A stretch of DNA of 64,000 nt from a bacterium (GTDB taxonomy: Bacteria > Fidelibacterota > Marinisomatia > Marinisomatales > UBA1611), in assembly GCA_038127595.1 (NCBI GenBank), contig JAYPIC010000001.1, positions 2,618 through 66,617 on the forward strand. Direction: 5' to 3'. The notes beneath the pieces were generated by a model. The model saw only the letters and a program-made list of their open reading frames with translations, was not told the origin of the DNA and made no database searches. The position numbers and the translations under genes are program-made. Of the stretch, positions 46,761-57,879 are shown one piece after another. Positions within the stretch are counted from its first letter, which is position 1. Every line of letters starts with the position of its first letter.

Positions 46761-47543
46761 ATGTCTAAATGGGCTTTGATATTAGGCGCATCAACAGGTC
46801 ATGGTGGAGCAACAGCAATTAGCTTAGCTGAAAAAGGTTACGGAATACTTGGTTTTCATTTTGATCGCGGTGAGACAAAAAAAGAAGCAGAAAAAACAAT
46901 TTCCAAGGTAAGTGAATTAAATGGGGGTATGTGCCACTATTGGAATACAAATGCTGCATCTGAAGAAACTATGGAAAAATATATTCCAGAAATAAAAGAG
47001 GTAGTTGGAGATGGTCACTTAAAATTATTATTGCATTCTATTGCTTTTGGTACGACAACAAATTTTTTTGGAGACAAACCGGTTACTCAACGTCAAATGG
47101 ATATGACAGTACATGTTATGGGTAACTCGTTACTTTACTGGACGCAAAAACTATTTAACCAAAAACTACTTTCTAATGGTTCTAGAATTATAGGACTAAC
47201 CAGCGAAGGGAATTATCTTGCGATGGAAGGGTATGGTCCTGTAAGTGTTGCTAAAGTTGCGATGGAAGCAATAATTAGGCAGATTGGATGGGAGTTAGGT
47301 GAATTTGGAATCACAGCTAACTCTATTCAGGCAGGTATAACACCTACTCGTGCATTAACAAAAATAACAGATAGATGGGAGACATGGGTTGAAAATACAA
47401 AGAAAAGAAACCCTATGCGTCGCACAACTACACCTAATGATGTAGCTAATGCTGTTAAGTTATTGATGGAACCAGAAGCTGATTTTATAAATTGCTCAAT
47501 TATATACTGTGATGGAGGTGAGCACAGGTCGGGCTCGTTTTAA
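46761..47543 (+). CDS. SDR, enoyl-ACP reductase-like (FabL/FabI type)
   Basis: LGASTGHG; Y-x6-K motif YGPVSVAK; T-x-AL; RNPMRR; divergent from fabA. Confidence 0.75.
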   Translation: MSKWALILGASTGHGGATAISLAEKGYGILGFHFDRGETKKEAEKTISKVSELNGGMCHYWNTNAASEETMEKYIPEIKEVVGDGHLKLLLHSIAFGTTTNFFGDKPVTQRQMDMTVHVMGNSLLYWTQKLFNQKLLSNGSRIIGLTSEGNYLAMEGYGPVSVAKVAMEAIIRQIGWELGEFGITANSIQAGITPTRALTKITDRWETWVENTKKRNPMRRTTTPNDVANAVKLLMEPEADFINCSIIYCDGGEHRSGSF

Positions 47544-47552
47544 ATGAAAATT

Positions 47553-47939
47553 TTAAGAAGAACTCTTCTTATTTTGAAGTTCTATTTTTTCTTTTATTAA
47601 CTCTACTAGCTCATGAGTATCTGGAGAAGGAGATAAATCAAAACTATTTTCTGCTTCTCTAAGTGCGTATTCCCACCATCCTTTTTTAGTATAAGATAGT
47701 GCTAATTTAAAGTGAGCTGTCCCTAAAATCTTAAATTGTTCTCTGTCTAATTTGCTATGATCTGGAGGCAGTAATCTACTTACTTCACGATATTCTGTAA
47801 TGGCATCATCAATAAGTCCTTTTTGAAGGTACCAGTTACCAAGCTCAAGGTGTTGTTCTGGATCTTTTTCGCAAGCATATATTGAAAATAATGCTAGTGC
47901 TATTAAACCTTGTTTAAAATATTGTTTATATAAATTCAT
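47553..47939 (-). CDS. TPR lipoprotein
   Basis: Lipobox IYAC; HLELGNWYLQKGLIDDAITEY and AHFKLALSYTKKG TPR helices; ATG at 47939. Confidence 0.75.
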   Translation of the reverse strand: MNLYKQYFKQGLIALALFSIYACEKDPEQHLELGNWYLQKGLIDDAITEYREVSRLLPPDHSKLDREQFKILGTAHFKLALSYTKKGWWEYALREAENSFDLSPSPDTHELVELIKEKIELQNKKSSS

Positions 47940-47995
47940 AATTATAAGCACTTAATATTGAAGTTCATGCATTCTAAAATCAAGAAGAAAATCAA

Positions 47996-49243
47996 TTAAA
48001 TGTGTAATTTATTATAACCGGGGTCTTTAACAAAAAATAATAGCAATACTATAGAAATAAATAAACAGGCGCCTATTATATAGAATGAAAGAAGGAATAG
48101 TCCTTTATTTACTAAAAATCCAATTCCAAACAAAAATAAAATAGCAAATGGTGCTAAAAATGAATCTATAAGAGCCATATATGTTTTTTTATCTTTATCC
48201 TTAGCAAAATCGTAAATTAAATTCATAGCAGATGGCATAAATGCACCTTGACCAGCACCGATGAAAATAAATATACAATATACGATAAACATGTTTTTTG
48301 AGAAAAGTGCTGAAATAACTGCTAAAAAATGAAATAAATAAGCTAAAAGCATACTTGTTTTATGACCATATTTATCTCCTAAGTACCCTGACGCATAGCT
48401 AAAGACTCCCATAGAAATGACATTTAGTATTGTAAATAATCCCACCTCGCTGATATTAAAGTTGAATTTATTTTGGCAATATACTGCGTAGAGACCCATT
48501 GCAGGAAGAGTTGCGCAGTAAAATATTCTAGAAAAAAGATATCTGTGAAAATTTGTTCTTTTCAATATGACCTCTTTTATATCTTTTTTAAATGCTGTTA
48601 GGGACTTTTTTTTGATCTCATTTTCTTTTTCTTTGTAAAAATAAAAAACAAAGGTGCCTATTGCTAAACTGAAAAATAAAATGATGAAACCAATACCAAA
48701 ATTTCTAGGGAATTGAATATTTTTTTCTAATATGTTTTTTAAAGCAATTCCGCCTGTAAGAGCACCGATACTATTGAAAGCAAATCCAACACCAAAAAAC
48801 TTTCCCCTTAAAGATTTATTTGTAGTTTTTTCTAAAAAATCAGCCCAAATAGGAACGATTATGCCAATCGCTAGAGCATAAGCGATAAAAAGTGTAAAGT
48901 AAATTTTCCAAGCATTTGGGTTTTTAATTATATCAGAAAATGTAAAAACATATCCCATTATAAAAGCTACAAATAAAATTATGCAGTGAACGCTGATGAC
49001 GAGTTTCTTTGTATTAGTAATGTTTCTAGTCAAAGCTGCTATAATTAACATTGGCAGTGCAATTATGATAGAAAATATTCCCGCTGAAGATGTCGCAATT
49101 ACTTCTGGGGCTCCTAGCTCTTTCAAAAAAAGAGGAACGACAGCATAAACAGTATGAAATGAGCTTCCAAATCCCCAAAAAAATTCATGAATGTTATTAA
49201 ATTTTTGATTTTGATAATGATGGGTGATTTTAAGATCATTCAT
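47996..49243 (-). CDS. MFS transporter
   Basis: About 12 TM segments; RGKFFG and GYLGDKYGHK motif A; ATG at 49243 overlapping the upstream stop. Confidence 0.85.
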   Translation of the reverse strand: MNDLKITHHYQNQKFNNIHEFFWGFGSSFHTVYAVVPLFLKELGAPEVIATSSAGIFSIIIALPMLIIAALTRNITNTKKLVISVHCIILFVAFIMGYVFTFSDIIKNPNAWKIYFTLFIAYALAIGIIVPIWADFLEKTTNKSLRGKFFGVGFAFNSIGALTGGIALKNILEKNIQFPRNFGIGFIILFFSLAIGTFVFYFYKEKENEIKKKSLTAFKKDIKEVILKRTNFHRYLFSRIFYCATLPAMGLYAVYCQNKFNFNISEVGLFTILNVISMGVFSYASGYLGDKYGHKTSMLLAYLFHFLAVISALFSKNMFIVYCIFIFIGAGQGAFMPSAMNLIYDFAKDKDKKTYMALIDSFLAPFAILFLFGIGFLVNKGLFLLSFYIIGACLFISIVLLLFFVKDPGYNKLHI

Positions 49244-50132
49244 TTGAATTCTCTTGAGCAAGTAGAGTAGTTGATAGCAGTAGAAAGGTAGCTCCAAGCA
49301 GTTGCATGAATGCAAGTGATTCACCATTTCTTATCCAATCAATGATCACAGCAGACAAAGGCCAAAACAGTTCAAACAGAGTAGTATGGGACGCAGGGAG
49401 TTTATTTAAGCCGTAGTAGTATATAAAAAGAGCGAATGTTCCGCTAGAAAGAACAATGATGATTATCATACTCCATTGATTTAATGATATATCAACATTT
49501 AAAATTTCAAAATTAAAAATAATTATTATTATTAGACTGATTAGTGTTGTAACGGCTAATCGCAATCCTGTGACTGCACTGTAGTGTAAGCTTACTAAAG
49601 CTTTTTTAGCTATAGCAGTAGAACTACCCCAACAAAAAGCGGCCAATAATGCAAGTAGTGCAGCTATTAAAGTATTATCATCCCAATTAGGTACTGAATT
49701 TTTACCAAATGTAACTAAATAACCACCAATGATTGCTAAAAAAGCTAATAGTATATACTTTTTGGATAATTTTTCCTTAAGGATAATGGCTGCTAACGAC
49801 ATAGCAAAAACAGGTTGTAGTTTTTGAAGCAAGACTACAATAGATAGATCAATATATCCAACGTAGCTCAATGCTTTTGTATAAAAATATGTACCACCCA
49901 TCCCTCCTAAAATAGATATCCATAATATTGATATCCATCCAGACTGCAGAAGTCCTTTTATATCATTCCAATATTTTTTTAGAAAAGGAATGAAAATTAA
50001 GGTGCCTACACCGTGCTCAATGGTTATTATTAGTAGCGCTGGGAGTGCGTAGAGTGATTGCCTTAGTAAGGCATCAACGCTCCAAAGTAAGGCTGCAAAT
50101 ATTACCGCAAGATGTGGGGCGTATTTATACAT
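49236..50132 (-). CDS. DMT/EamA family transporter
   Basis: Ten TM segments, QKLQPVF...ILKEK, AAFCWG, second EamA repeat. Confidence 0.87.
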   Translation of the reverse strand: MYKYAPHLAVIFAALLWSVDALLRQSLYALPALLIITIEHGVGTLIFIPFLKKYWNDIKGLLQSGWISILWISILGGMGGTYFYTKALSYVGYIDLSIVVLLQKLQPVFAMSLAAIILKEKLSKKYILLAFLAIIGGYLVTFGKNSVPNWDDNTLIAALLALLAAFCWGSSTAIAKKALVSLHYSAVTGLRLAVTTLISLIIIIIFNFEILNVDISLNQWSMIIIIVLSSGTFALFIYYYGLNKLPASHTTLFELFWPLSAVIIDWIRNGESLAFMQLLGATFLLLSTTLLAQENSNE

Positions 50133-50141
50133 ATTGTTGCG

Positions 50142-50690
50142 TTAGCTATAGCCCGAAGTATTACTAATATCACCAATTTCGATACCTAGAGAGTTAGTTG
50201 CAATGATCCAAATGTTATCAGTTTTTTGCTCAAAAATTATAGAGGTGCTTGATTTTTGAATTAGCCAATCTCCATTTTCTATTTCCCTTTCAAGCTGGCC
50301 ACTATCCCAACCTGCATGTCCTAAGAATAGTTTGCTCTTAACACCTTTTGATTTTTGAATTGAGGATAATAGCTCAATATTCCCTGAAATTGATACTTCA
50401 TCACTGACAGGCACTGATTTGCTTGATTCATTATTTGTATGCAAAAAAAGAACCCTATCTGTTAGCACTGGGCCACCTATGTGAAGATAATTTTCTTCAA
50501 GATATTTATTTAAATCAATATCTGAGCTTGAATCTTTTAAAGTAAGGTTATTTTTTTTTATCGCCTTATTAATTATAAGACCCATTGCGCCTGTTTTATC
50601 ATGTTCGCACAAATAGACTACAGACTTTTCAAAAAAAGGATCTTTTAAGTGTGGTACAGATATTAAAAAATGGTTTTTTAAAGAGTTCAT
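50142..50690 (-). CDS. YqgE/AlgH family protein
   Basis: DPFFEKSVVYLCEH, GAMGLIIN, GGPV, GHAGWDSGQLERE-x-x-x-GDW. Confidence 0.92.
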   Translation of the reverse strand: MNSLKNHFLISVPHLKDPFFEKSVVYLCEHDKTGAMGLIINKAIKKNNLTLKDSSSDIDLNKYLEENYLHIGGPVLTDRVLFLHTNNESSKSVPVSDEVSISGNIELLSSIQKSKGVKSKLFLGHAGWDSGQLEREIENGDWLIQKSSTSIIFEQKTDNIWIIATNSLGIEIGDISNTSGYS

Positions 50691-50759
50691 GAAGTTATTT
50701 TTTAAAAAAGATTATCTAAGAGTTTTGGCGCTGGGTTCTTATTAGACGTAATATAAAGG

Positions 50760-53612
50760 ATGTCTAAAATTAAAAAAACATACGGTAATACAAAATCTCT
50801 TACCGAAATAGTTGTTAAAGGCGCCAGGCAACACAATTTAAAAAATATAAACGTTACCATTCCTAGAGATAAGTTAGTAGTTATAACTGGATTATCAGGC
50901 TCTGGTAAGTCCTCTTTAGCGTTCGATACAATTTATGCAGAAGGTCAGCGTAGATATGTTGAATCCCTATCGACATATGCAAGACAATTTCTTGGATTGA
51001 TGGAAAAGCCAGATATGGATACCATTGAAGGATTGTCACCTGCTATAAGTATTGAACAGAAAGCAAGTGCCCGAAATCCACGAAGCACAGTCGGGACTGT
51101 AACTGAAATTCATGATTACTTAAGACTGCTATTTGCACATGTTGGGCAGCCAACATGCTGGAAATGTGGTGACCCAATAAAAAAGCAATCTGTTCAACAG
51201 GTTGTTGATTCTATTTTCAAAATTAAAAAGAAAACTAAGATTTTTATTTTGGCTCCAGTTATTAGAGGTAAAAAAGGGCAACATAAAAGTGTCATTAATC
51301 AGATTCAAAAACAAGGCTTCCTGCGTATTAGAATTGATGGTGAAGTCTATAAGGTTGATGATAAAATCGAATTGGATAAAAATAAAAAACACACTATCGA
51401 AATTCTTGTTGATAGGTTAATTGTTGAACCTTCCATGAAAGAAAGGATTAGTGAATCCGTAGAATTGTCCATGAAATTAGGGGATGGATTGATAATTGTC
51501 CATGAGCTAAATGGGGAGGATCATATTTTTAGTGAAAATTTTGCCTGTCCTAAATGTAATGTTAGTCTTGAAGAATTAACTCCAAGAATGTTTTCATTTA
51601 ATTCTCCTTTTGGTGCTTGTAAAAAGTGTGAGGGGATAGGAACTAAAATGGAAGTGAATCCTGACCTAGTTGTTCCTGATAAAAACAAATCTTTAGTGCA
51701 AGGAGCAATTTCTTCTTTAGGGGAGCAACCTAGGGGTAATTGGTATGGCAGTATTTTAAAAAGTTTAGCTAAGCATCTAAATTTTAATTTTTCCACACCA
51801 TGGATAAAATTAGATAAAGATATTCGTTATGAACTTCTTTATGGTTCTGGTAAGACTGAATATCAAATGCAATATAGTTCCGACAGGTGGTCTGGGACCT
51901 ATAGTGGAGGGTGGGAAGGCGCAATACCGAATTTGATGAGAAGATATAAACAGACAAAGTCTAACGGTGTGAGAGAGTGGATAGAGCAATTTATGAGCAT
52001 GAGAGACTGTATGGCATGTAATGGGACTAGATTAAAAAAAGAAAGCTTAGCTGTGCTTCTGGATGGTAAAAATTTAGGCGACATTTCAGCGATGTCTGTA
52101 AAAAACTTACAAGAATTTTTCGAAAAGATTCAACTTTCAGAAAAAGATAAGCAAATAGCAAATCAAATTCTAAAAGAAATTAATCAACGTTTATCATTTC
52201 TTAACAATGTAGGACTTGGGTACCTTACTTTAAGTAGGTCTGCTGCAACTTTATCTGGAGGGGAATCGCAAAGGATTCGACTTGCTACTCAAATTGGTTC
52301 GCAACTGATGGGGGTTTTGTATATCCTTGATGAGCCTTCTATCGGATTACATTCAAGAGATAATGCGAGGCTCCTTTCAACATTAAAAACATTGCGTGAT
52401 ATAGGTAACTCTATACTTGTCGTGGAACATGACCAAGATACAATGGAATCGTCAGACTTTATCATTGATATTGGGCCAAAGGCTGGTAAACTTGGAGGCG
52501 AGGTCGTTTTTGCAGGCAAACCAAAAGATATATACAATTCAGAAAAATCTCTCACTGGGGAATACCTATCTGGTAAAAAAAGAATAGAAATACCTGAGAA
52601 TAGAAGAAAGGGAGTATCCTCATCAATTAGATTATTTGGAGCAAAAGGTAACAATTTAAAAAATGTAGATGTTCAGTTTCCTCTAGGAAAGTTAATATCA
52701 ATCTCAGGCGTTTCAGGTAGTGGAAAAAGTACCTTAATTAATGAAACGTTGTATCCTATAATCGCTCAACATATTAACGGTTCGAGAGTATATCCTTTAG
52801 AATATTCTTCAATTGAAGGATTGAAATTCATTGATAAAATCATTCAAATAGACCAAAAACCTATTGGGAGGACGCCTAGATCAAACCCGGCAACTTATAC
52901 AGGACTCTTCACTTTTGTTCGAGATTTGTTTGCCAAATTACCTGATTCAAAAGTTAAAGGATATAAACCTGGTCGTTTTTCATTCAATGTTAAAGGAGGC
53001 AGGTGTGAATCTTGTGAAGGGGACGGAATAATTAAAATTGAAATGAATTTTTTACCTGATGTTTATGTTACCTGCGAAATTTGCAATGGGGCGAGATATA
53101 ATAGAGAGACATTAGAAATAAAATATAAAGGGAAGTCAATATCTGACATTCTAAGCATGGACGTTGACGATGCTCTCACATTTTTTGAGAACATACCTGC
53201 AATTACTAAGAAGCTTAAAACATTAAAAGATGTAGGTTTAGGCTATATTCATCTGGGGCAACAGGCAACAACCTTATCAGGCGGGGAGGCCCAAAGAGTA
53301 AAATTATCTACTGAACTTTCAAAGATTAATACAAGGAAAACCTTATATATTTTAGATGAGCCAACAACGGGATTACATTTTGAAGATATAAGAATATTGC
53401 TCAAAGTATTACAGAAACTTGTTGATAGAGGAAATACTGTTATAATAATCGAACATAATATGGACGTAATCAAATCATCAGACTGGGTAATAGACTTAGG
53501 CCCTGAAGGAGGTGATGAAGGAGGGCAAATAATATCTTGTGGTACTCCTGAGAGTTTAGCTGAAAATAAGAAATCGTATACAGGTCAGTTTTTAAAAAAT
53601 ATTTTAAAATAA
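50760..53612 (+). CDS. uvrA: Excinuclease ABC subunit A
   Basis: GARQHNLKN, GLSGSGKSS, two LSGGE ABC signatures, zinc fingers, GRTPRSNPATY. Confidence 0.98.
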   Translation: MSKIKKTYGNTKSLTEIVVKGARQHNLKNINVTIPRDKLVVITGLSGSGKSSLAFDTIYAEGQRRYVESLSTYARQFLGLMEKPDMDTIEGLSPAISIEQKASARNPRSTVGTVTEIHDYLRLLFAHVGQPTCWKCGDPIKKQSVQQVVDSIFKIKKKTKIFILAPVIRGKKGQHKSVINQIQKQGFLRIRIDGEVYKVDDKIELDKNKKHTIEILVDRLIVEPSMKERISESVELSMKLGDGLIIVHELNGEDHIFSENFACPKCNVSLEELTPRMFSFNSPFGACKKCEGIGTKMEVNPDLVVPDKNKSLVQGAISSLGEQPRGNWYGSILKSLAKHLNFNFSTPWIKLDKDIRYELLYGSGKTEYQMQYSSDRWSGTYSGGWEGAIPNLMRRYKQTKSNGVREWIEQFMSMRDCMACNGTRLKKESLAVLLDGKNLGDISAMSVKNLQEFFEKIQLSEKDKQIANQILKEINQRLSFLNNVGLGYLTLSRSAATLSGGESQRIRLATQIGSQLMGVLYILDEPSIGLHSRDNARLLSTLKTLRDIGNSILVVEHDQDTMESSDFIIDIGPKAGKLGGEVVFAGKPKDIYNSEKSLTGEYLSGKKRIEIPENRRKGVSSSIRLFGAKGNNLKNVDVQFPLGKLISISGVSGSGKSTLINETLYPIIAQHINGSRVYPLEYSSIEGLKFIDKIIQIDQKPIGRTPRSNPATYTGLFTFVRDLFAKLPDSKVKGYKPGRFSFNVKGGRCESCEGDGIIKIEMNFLPDVYVTCEICNGARYNRETLEIKYKGKSISDILSMDVDDALTFFENIPAITKKLKTLKDVGLGYIHLGQQATTLSGGEAQRVKLSTELSKINTRKTLYILDEPTTGLHFEDIRILLKVLQKLVDRGNTVIIIEHNMDVIKSSDWVIDLGPEGGDEGGQIISCGTPESLAENKKSYTGQFLKNILK

Positions 53613-53690
53613 ATAAAATTAGTGTTCTTGGTGTCGGACACATGAAGGCTTAATTTTAGAGTCGCTTTAACAGTATTTATTTTCTTTTAT

Positions 53691-54737
53691 ATGACAGATA
53701 TATTTATCACTGACCCTAGCCCCTTTGAAGAAGATATAATTGCAGAAAAATCTCTTAGGCCATTAAAGTTTGATGAGTTCATAGGGCAGAAAGAGCTTGT
53801 TGATAATCTTAAATTGTATATTGATGCAGCTAATGGTAGAGAAGAGGCACTAGATCATGTTTTATTATTTGGTCCTCCAGGTTTAGGTAAAACTACTTTG
53901 GCAAATATCATCTCTAGAGAGCTGAATGTAAATATTAAACAAGCTTCAGGGCCAGTAATTGATCGAGCCGGTGACTTAGCAGGAATGTTGACAAATATTC
54001 AGCACAGAGATGTATTTTTTATTGATGAGATTCATAGACTTAATAGCGTCGTTGAAGAATATTTATATTCTGCTATGGAAGATTTTAAGATTGACATTAT
54101 GATCGACAAAGGGCCTAGTGCTCGGAGTGTCCAGTTGGATTTAGATCCTTTCACCTTGGTTGGGGCAACTACTCGGCTAGGAAATTTAACTTCTCCATTG
54201 AGAGATAGATTCGGAATTATCTTAAGAGTAGATTATTATGGAGCTGAGGATTTATTTCACATAGTTTGTAGATCAGCTGAGATATTAGAGGTTGACATAG
54301 ACGACGAAGGTGCTATGGAACTTGCAAAAAGAAGTCGAGGGACACCTAGAGTAGCAAATCGTATTCTAAGAAGGGCAAGAGATTATGCTCAAGTGAAAGC
54401 AGATGGGCGAATTAGTTATGATGTTGCAAACATGGCTTTGAATAAATTAGGCGTGGATAAATTTGGACTTGATATAATGGATAGGAATATTTTAGAAATA
54501 CTAATTGATAAGTTTTCCGGTGGTCCAGTGGGGATAAAATCTCTTGGAGTTGCGGTTGGGGAAGATCCAGCTACGATCGAAGATGTCTATGAACCATTCT
54601 TAATAAAACAAGGTTTTATGCAGCGTACTTCAAGGGGTAGAGTAGCTCAGGAGTCAGCATATAAATTACTTGATAAACCGACAAACAATAATAACCAAAA
54701 GGATTTATTTAATGATAGAAAAAAAGAAAAAATTTAA
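53691..54737 (+). CDS. ruvB: Holliday junction helicase RuvB
   Basis: [40 protein letters not shown]. Confidence 0.97.
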   Translation: MTDIFITDPSPFEEDIIAEKSLRPLKFDEFIGQKELVDNLKLYIDAANGREEALDHVLLFGPPGLGKTTLANIISRELNVNIKQASGPVIDRAGDLAGMLTNIQHRDVFFIDEIHRLNSVVEEYLYSAMEDFKIDIMIDKGPSARSVQLDLDPFTLVGATTRLGNLTSPLRDRFGIILRVDYYGAEDLFHIVCRSAEILEVDIDDEGAMELAKRSRGTPRVANRILRRARDYAQVKADGRISYDVANMALNKLGVDKFGLDIMDRNILEILIDKFSGGPVGIKSLGVAVGEDPATIEDVYEPFLIKQGFMQRTSRGRVAQESAYKLLDKPTNNNNQKDLFNDRKKEKI

Positions 54738-55767
54738 ACTCGGAGATTTTGATTACCCCTTACCAAAAAAACATATTGCTCAGTACCCTGGTAAGAAAAG
54801 AGACGAGTCAAAATTAATGGTTGTCAATAGAGAAGAAAAAACTATTGAGCATAAAAAATTTAGTAACATTGTTGATCACTTAAGGAAAAATGATTTATTG
54901 ATATTAAATAATACGAAAGTTTTCCCAGCTAGGTTGTTTGCAACGAAGGATAGAACAGATGCAAAAGTAGAAGTTTTTTTATTAAGGGAGCTTGCTCAAA
55001 ATTTATGGGAAGTAATGGTCAGGCCTGCTAGAAAGGTCAGAATAGGTAATAAATTAGTATTTACGCCAAAGTTAATGTGTGATGTCATTGATAATACGGT
55101 TTCAGGCGGAAGAGTAGTTCGATTTGAATCTGAAAGTCAGGAAGAATTACATAGTATAATTGACAAAATAGGGACCTCTCCTTTACCACCATATATAACC
55201 AGAGATCCTGAACCTAGTGATAAAAAAAGATACCAAACTGTATATGCTACTGAGCGCGGAGCTGTTGCTGCTCCAACAGCTGGACTTCATTTTACTGAGT
55301 CTTTAATTAAGAAAATTGAAAAAAAGGGTGTGAAAATAGAATATATAACCTTGCATATTGGGCTTGGTACATTTAGACCAGTTCAGGTGGAAGACTTAAA
55401 TAGGCATCAAATGGATTCCGAATATTTTGAGGTTTCTCCAAAAACTGCGATGGCTATTAATGAAGCTAGAAAAAAGCACAGGAAAATCGTTGCTGTCGGA
55501 ACATCAACAATTAGAGCTCTTGAGACTGTAGTTGTGTCTGGTTTTATGGTTTCTCCTAAAAGAGGATGGACAGATAAGTTTATCTACCCACCATATGAAT
55601 ATAAAATGGTCGATTCCATGGTTACTAATTTTCACACGCCAAAATCAACATTAATGATGATGGTAAGTGCTTTTGCTGATATTGATTTGTTAAAAAAGGC
55701 ATACCGTGAAGCAAAAAAGAACGACTACAGATTTCTTAGTTATGGTGATGCTATGATAATTATTTAG
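54712..55767 (+). CDS. queA: SAM:tRNA ribosyltransferase-isomerase
   Basis: DFDY-x-[46 protein letters not shown] at 54712. Confidence 0.96.
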   Translation: MIEKKKKFKLGDFDYPLPKKHIAQYPGKKRDESKLMVVNREEKTIEHKKFSNIVDHLRKNDLLILNNTKVFPARLFATKDRTDAKVEVFLLRELAQNLWEVMVRPARKVRIGNKLVFTPKLMCDVIDNTVSGGRVVRFESESQEELHSIIDKIGTSPLPPYITRDPEPSDKKRYQTVYATERGAVAAPTAGLHFTESLIKKIEKKGVKIEYITLHIGLGTFRPVQVEDLNRHQMDSEYFEVSPKTAMAINEARKKHRKIVAVGTSTIRALETVVVSGFMVSPKRGWTDKFIYPPYEYKMVDSMVTNFHTPKSTLMMMVSAFADIDLLKKAYREAKKNDYRFLSYGDAMIII

Positions 55768-55783
55768 GGATTAGTTTAAAAAT

Positions 55784-56461
55784 TTGAATAAAGTCTCTGC
55801 GATAATTCTTGCTGCTGGCAGCGGTAGTAGATTTGGTGAAAAAAAACAGTTTAAAGAGCTTAATGGGAAGCCTATTTGGTTTTATTCATTAAATACTTTC
55901 ATTCAATCTGAATCTATTGACGAGTTAATTTTAGTAATTCCTAATGATTCATTAGAAACCTTAAAACAATCTCAAGTTTTCACATCTTTAAATAAAACAA
56001 ATAACATTAAATTGGTTTCAGGAGGTGAATCTAGAAAAGATTCAGTTTTTAATGGTCTCAAAGTAGTAAAAAAAGCGATTGATATTGTTTGCATTCATGA
56101 TGCAGCAAGGCCATTTATTAAAGCCTCTTACATTAAACATTCAGTTGAAGCTTGTAGTGAGTTTGATGGTGCGATAATAGCAATTCCTTCTGTTGATACA
56201 GTGAAAAAAGTTGATAAACAAATAATAAAAAATACAATTGACAGAGAGTCTTTATGGATGGCACAAACTCCTCAAACTTTTAAAAAAGATAAGCTTCTGT
56301 ATGCTATCAAAAATTCTTCACATTTAAATGTTACAGATGAGAGTATGCTTATGGAGGAAGCTAATTTTAAAATTAAATTAATTGAAGGTGATCAGTCTAA
56401 TTTTAAAATAACTAATGAAATAGACTGGGAGTTAGCAAAAGTTATGGCGGAGGTAGAATAA
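55784..56461 (+). CDS. ispD: 2-C-methyl-D-erythritol 4-phosphate cytidylyltransferase
   Basis: AAGSGSRFG-x-x-KQF, GGESR, IHDAARP, QTPQ, TDE, NFKIT. Confidence 0.94.
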   Translation: MNKVSAIILAAGSGSRFGEKKQFKELNGKPIWFYSLNTFIQSESIDELILVIPNDSLETLKQSQVFTSLNKTNNIKLVSGGESRKDSVFNGLKVVKKAIDIVCIHDAARPFIKASYIKHSVEACSEFDGAIIAIPSVDTVKKVDKQIIKNTIDRESLWMAQTPQTFKKDKLLYAIKNSSHLNVTDESMLMEEANFKIKLIEGDQSNFKITNEIDWELAKVMAEVE

Positions 56462-56464
56462 GTT

Positions 56465-56953
56465 ATGATTCGTTCTGGAATAGGTTTTGATGCTCATCAA
56501 CTAAAGAAAGGTACTGATTTATACATTGGTGGAGTAAAAATTGATTCGGATTTGGGTTCTTTGGGTCATTCTGACGGGGATGCTTTAATTCATGCTCTTG
56601 CAGATTCATTATTAGGTGCTGCTGGGATGGGGGACATTGGTCAATATTTTCCTAGCGAGGAAAAGGAGTGGAAGAATGCAAAAAGCGAAATATTTTTATT
56701 TGAAGTAAAAAAAATTCTTATTAATAATGGGTTTAAAATCTCCAATATTGATTGTACGGTTATATTGCAAAAACCAAAGATTAATACATATATAAAATCA
56801 ATTCGGAATAATATTTCAAGAATATTAGAGCTAAATAAAAAGTATGTCTCCATTAAAGCTACAACAACGGATTACTTGGGATATATTGGTGATTCAAAAG
56901 GATGGAGTGTAATCTCCATTGCAACTATCATTGATGAGAATGAACACAGTTAA
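56465..56953 (+). CDS. ispF: 2-C-methyl-D-erythritol 2,4-cyclodiphosphate synthase
   Basis: GIGFDAH, GHSDGD, GDIGQYF, KATT. Confidence 0.95.
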   Translation: MIRSGIGFDAHQLKKGTDLYIGGVKIDSDLGSLGHSDGDALIHALADSLLGAAGMGDIGQYFPSEEKEWKNAKSEIFLFEVKKILINNGFKISNIDCTVILQKPKINTYIKSIRNNISRILELNKKYVSIKATTTDYLGYIGDSKGWSVISIATIIDENEHS

Positions 56954-57785
56954 AATTAATTCATATGCTAAAGTTAATGTAGGGCTTAAAATTTTAAATA
57001 AAAGAACAGATGGATATCATAATATTAGCACAATATTTCAAGAAATCGATTTACATGATGAGTTAACAATTTCTAAAAATATCAGCGGATGTCAATTTAG
57101 TTCAAATGTTAATTGGTTACATAATGATCAAAATAATTTGTGTATTATAGCATACAATCATATGAAAGATCTTTACGGTATAAAAGGAATTGATATCGTT
57201 CTGACAAAAAACATTTCTAGAGGTAGCGGTCTGGGTGGTGGATCATCGAATGCAGCGGCTGTTTTGAAAAGTATTAGTAAAATTTATGATTTAAATGTTT
57301 CTGATGAGGATTTGATAGAAATTGGGTCAAAAATTGGAGCTGACGTTCCTTTTTTCATAAAAGGAGGCACTCAAATTGGTGAAGGGATAGGTGAAAAACT
57401 CATAGGTTTAAAATCTAAAATAAAAGGCTGGTATTTAATTATTACTCCAGATCTTACTATTGATACAAAATGGGCATATTCACAATTTAAAAATATATTG
57501 GATAATGCTACACTCCCTACTAAATTTTCCGACTTATTTAGTGAAAAGATAGTTGATCTTGACACAATAAAGTTTTTTGAGAACAATTTTGAATCTGTTG
57601 TTTTTCCAACATATCCAGAGATTGGTGCAATAAAAAAAGAACTCTTTGCATTAGGTGCAAAGTTTGCCAGTCTGTCGGGTTCTGGCTCGACTGTGTTTGG
57701 GATTTTCGATGATAATGCTAAAGTTAAAAAAGCATTTTCTCATTTCTCTCCAATGCACAAGGCATATATTGCTCGCTCTATTTAA
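56940..57785 (+). CDS. ispE: 4-diphosphocytidyl-2-C-methyl-D-erythritol kinase
   Basis: AKVN, R-x-DGYH, GLGGGSSNAA, GADVPFF, SGSGSTVF. ATG at 56940. Confidence 0.94.
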   Translation: MNTVKINSYAKVNVGLKILNKRTDGYHNISTIFQEIDLHDELTISKNISGCQFSSNVNWLHNDQNNLCIIAYNHMKDLYGIKGIDIVLTKNISRGSGLGGGSSNAAAVLKSISKIYDLNVSDEDLIEIGSKIGADVPFFIKGGTQIGEGIGEKLIGLKSKIKGWYLIITPDLTIDTKWAYSQFKNILDNATLPTKFSDLFSEKIVDLDTIKFFENNFESVVFPTYPEIGAIKKELFALGAKFASLSGSGSTVFGIFDDNAKVKKAFSHFSPMHKAYIARSI

Positions 57786-57808
57786 TTTGTTGGTCAAATT
57801 ATAAAAAT

Positions 57809-57879
57809 TGGGGCGTCGTCTAATGGTAGGACACCTGGTTTTGGTCCAGGCAGTTGGGGTTCGAGTCCCTACGCCCCAG
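57809..57879 (+). tRNA. tRNA-Gln (anticodon TTG); CCA not encoded
   Basis: Acceptor stem TGGGGCG/CGCCCCA, D loop TAATGGTA, anticodon arm CCTGG-TT-TTG-GT-CCAGG, T loop TTCGAGT; canonical position between ispE and prs. Confidence 0.96.

Noticed and set aside
7802..56953. Long apparent gene overlaps in the ORF track (purB/purE, sdhC/sdhA, lpxK/DUF374, MFS/EamA, ruvB/queA, ispF/ispE)
   Set aside because: Artefacts of choosing the most upstream start codon; downstream starts give ordinary short overlaps, and no frameshift or pseudogene is evident.
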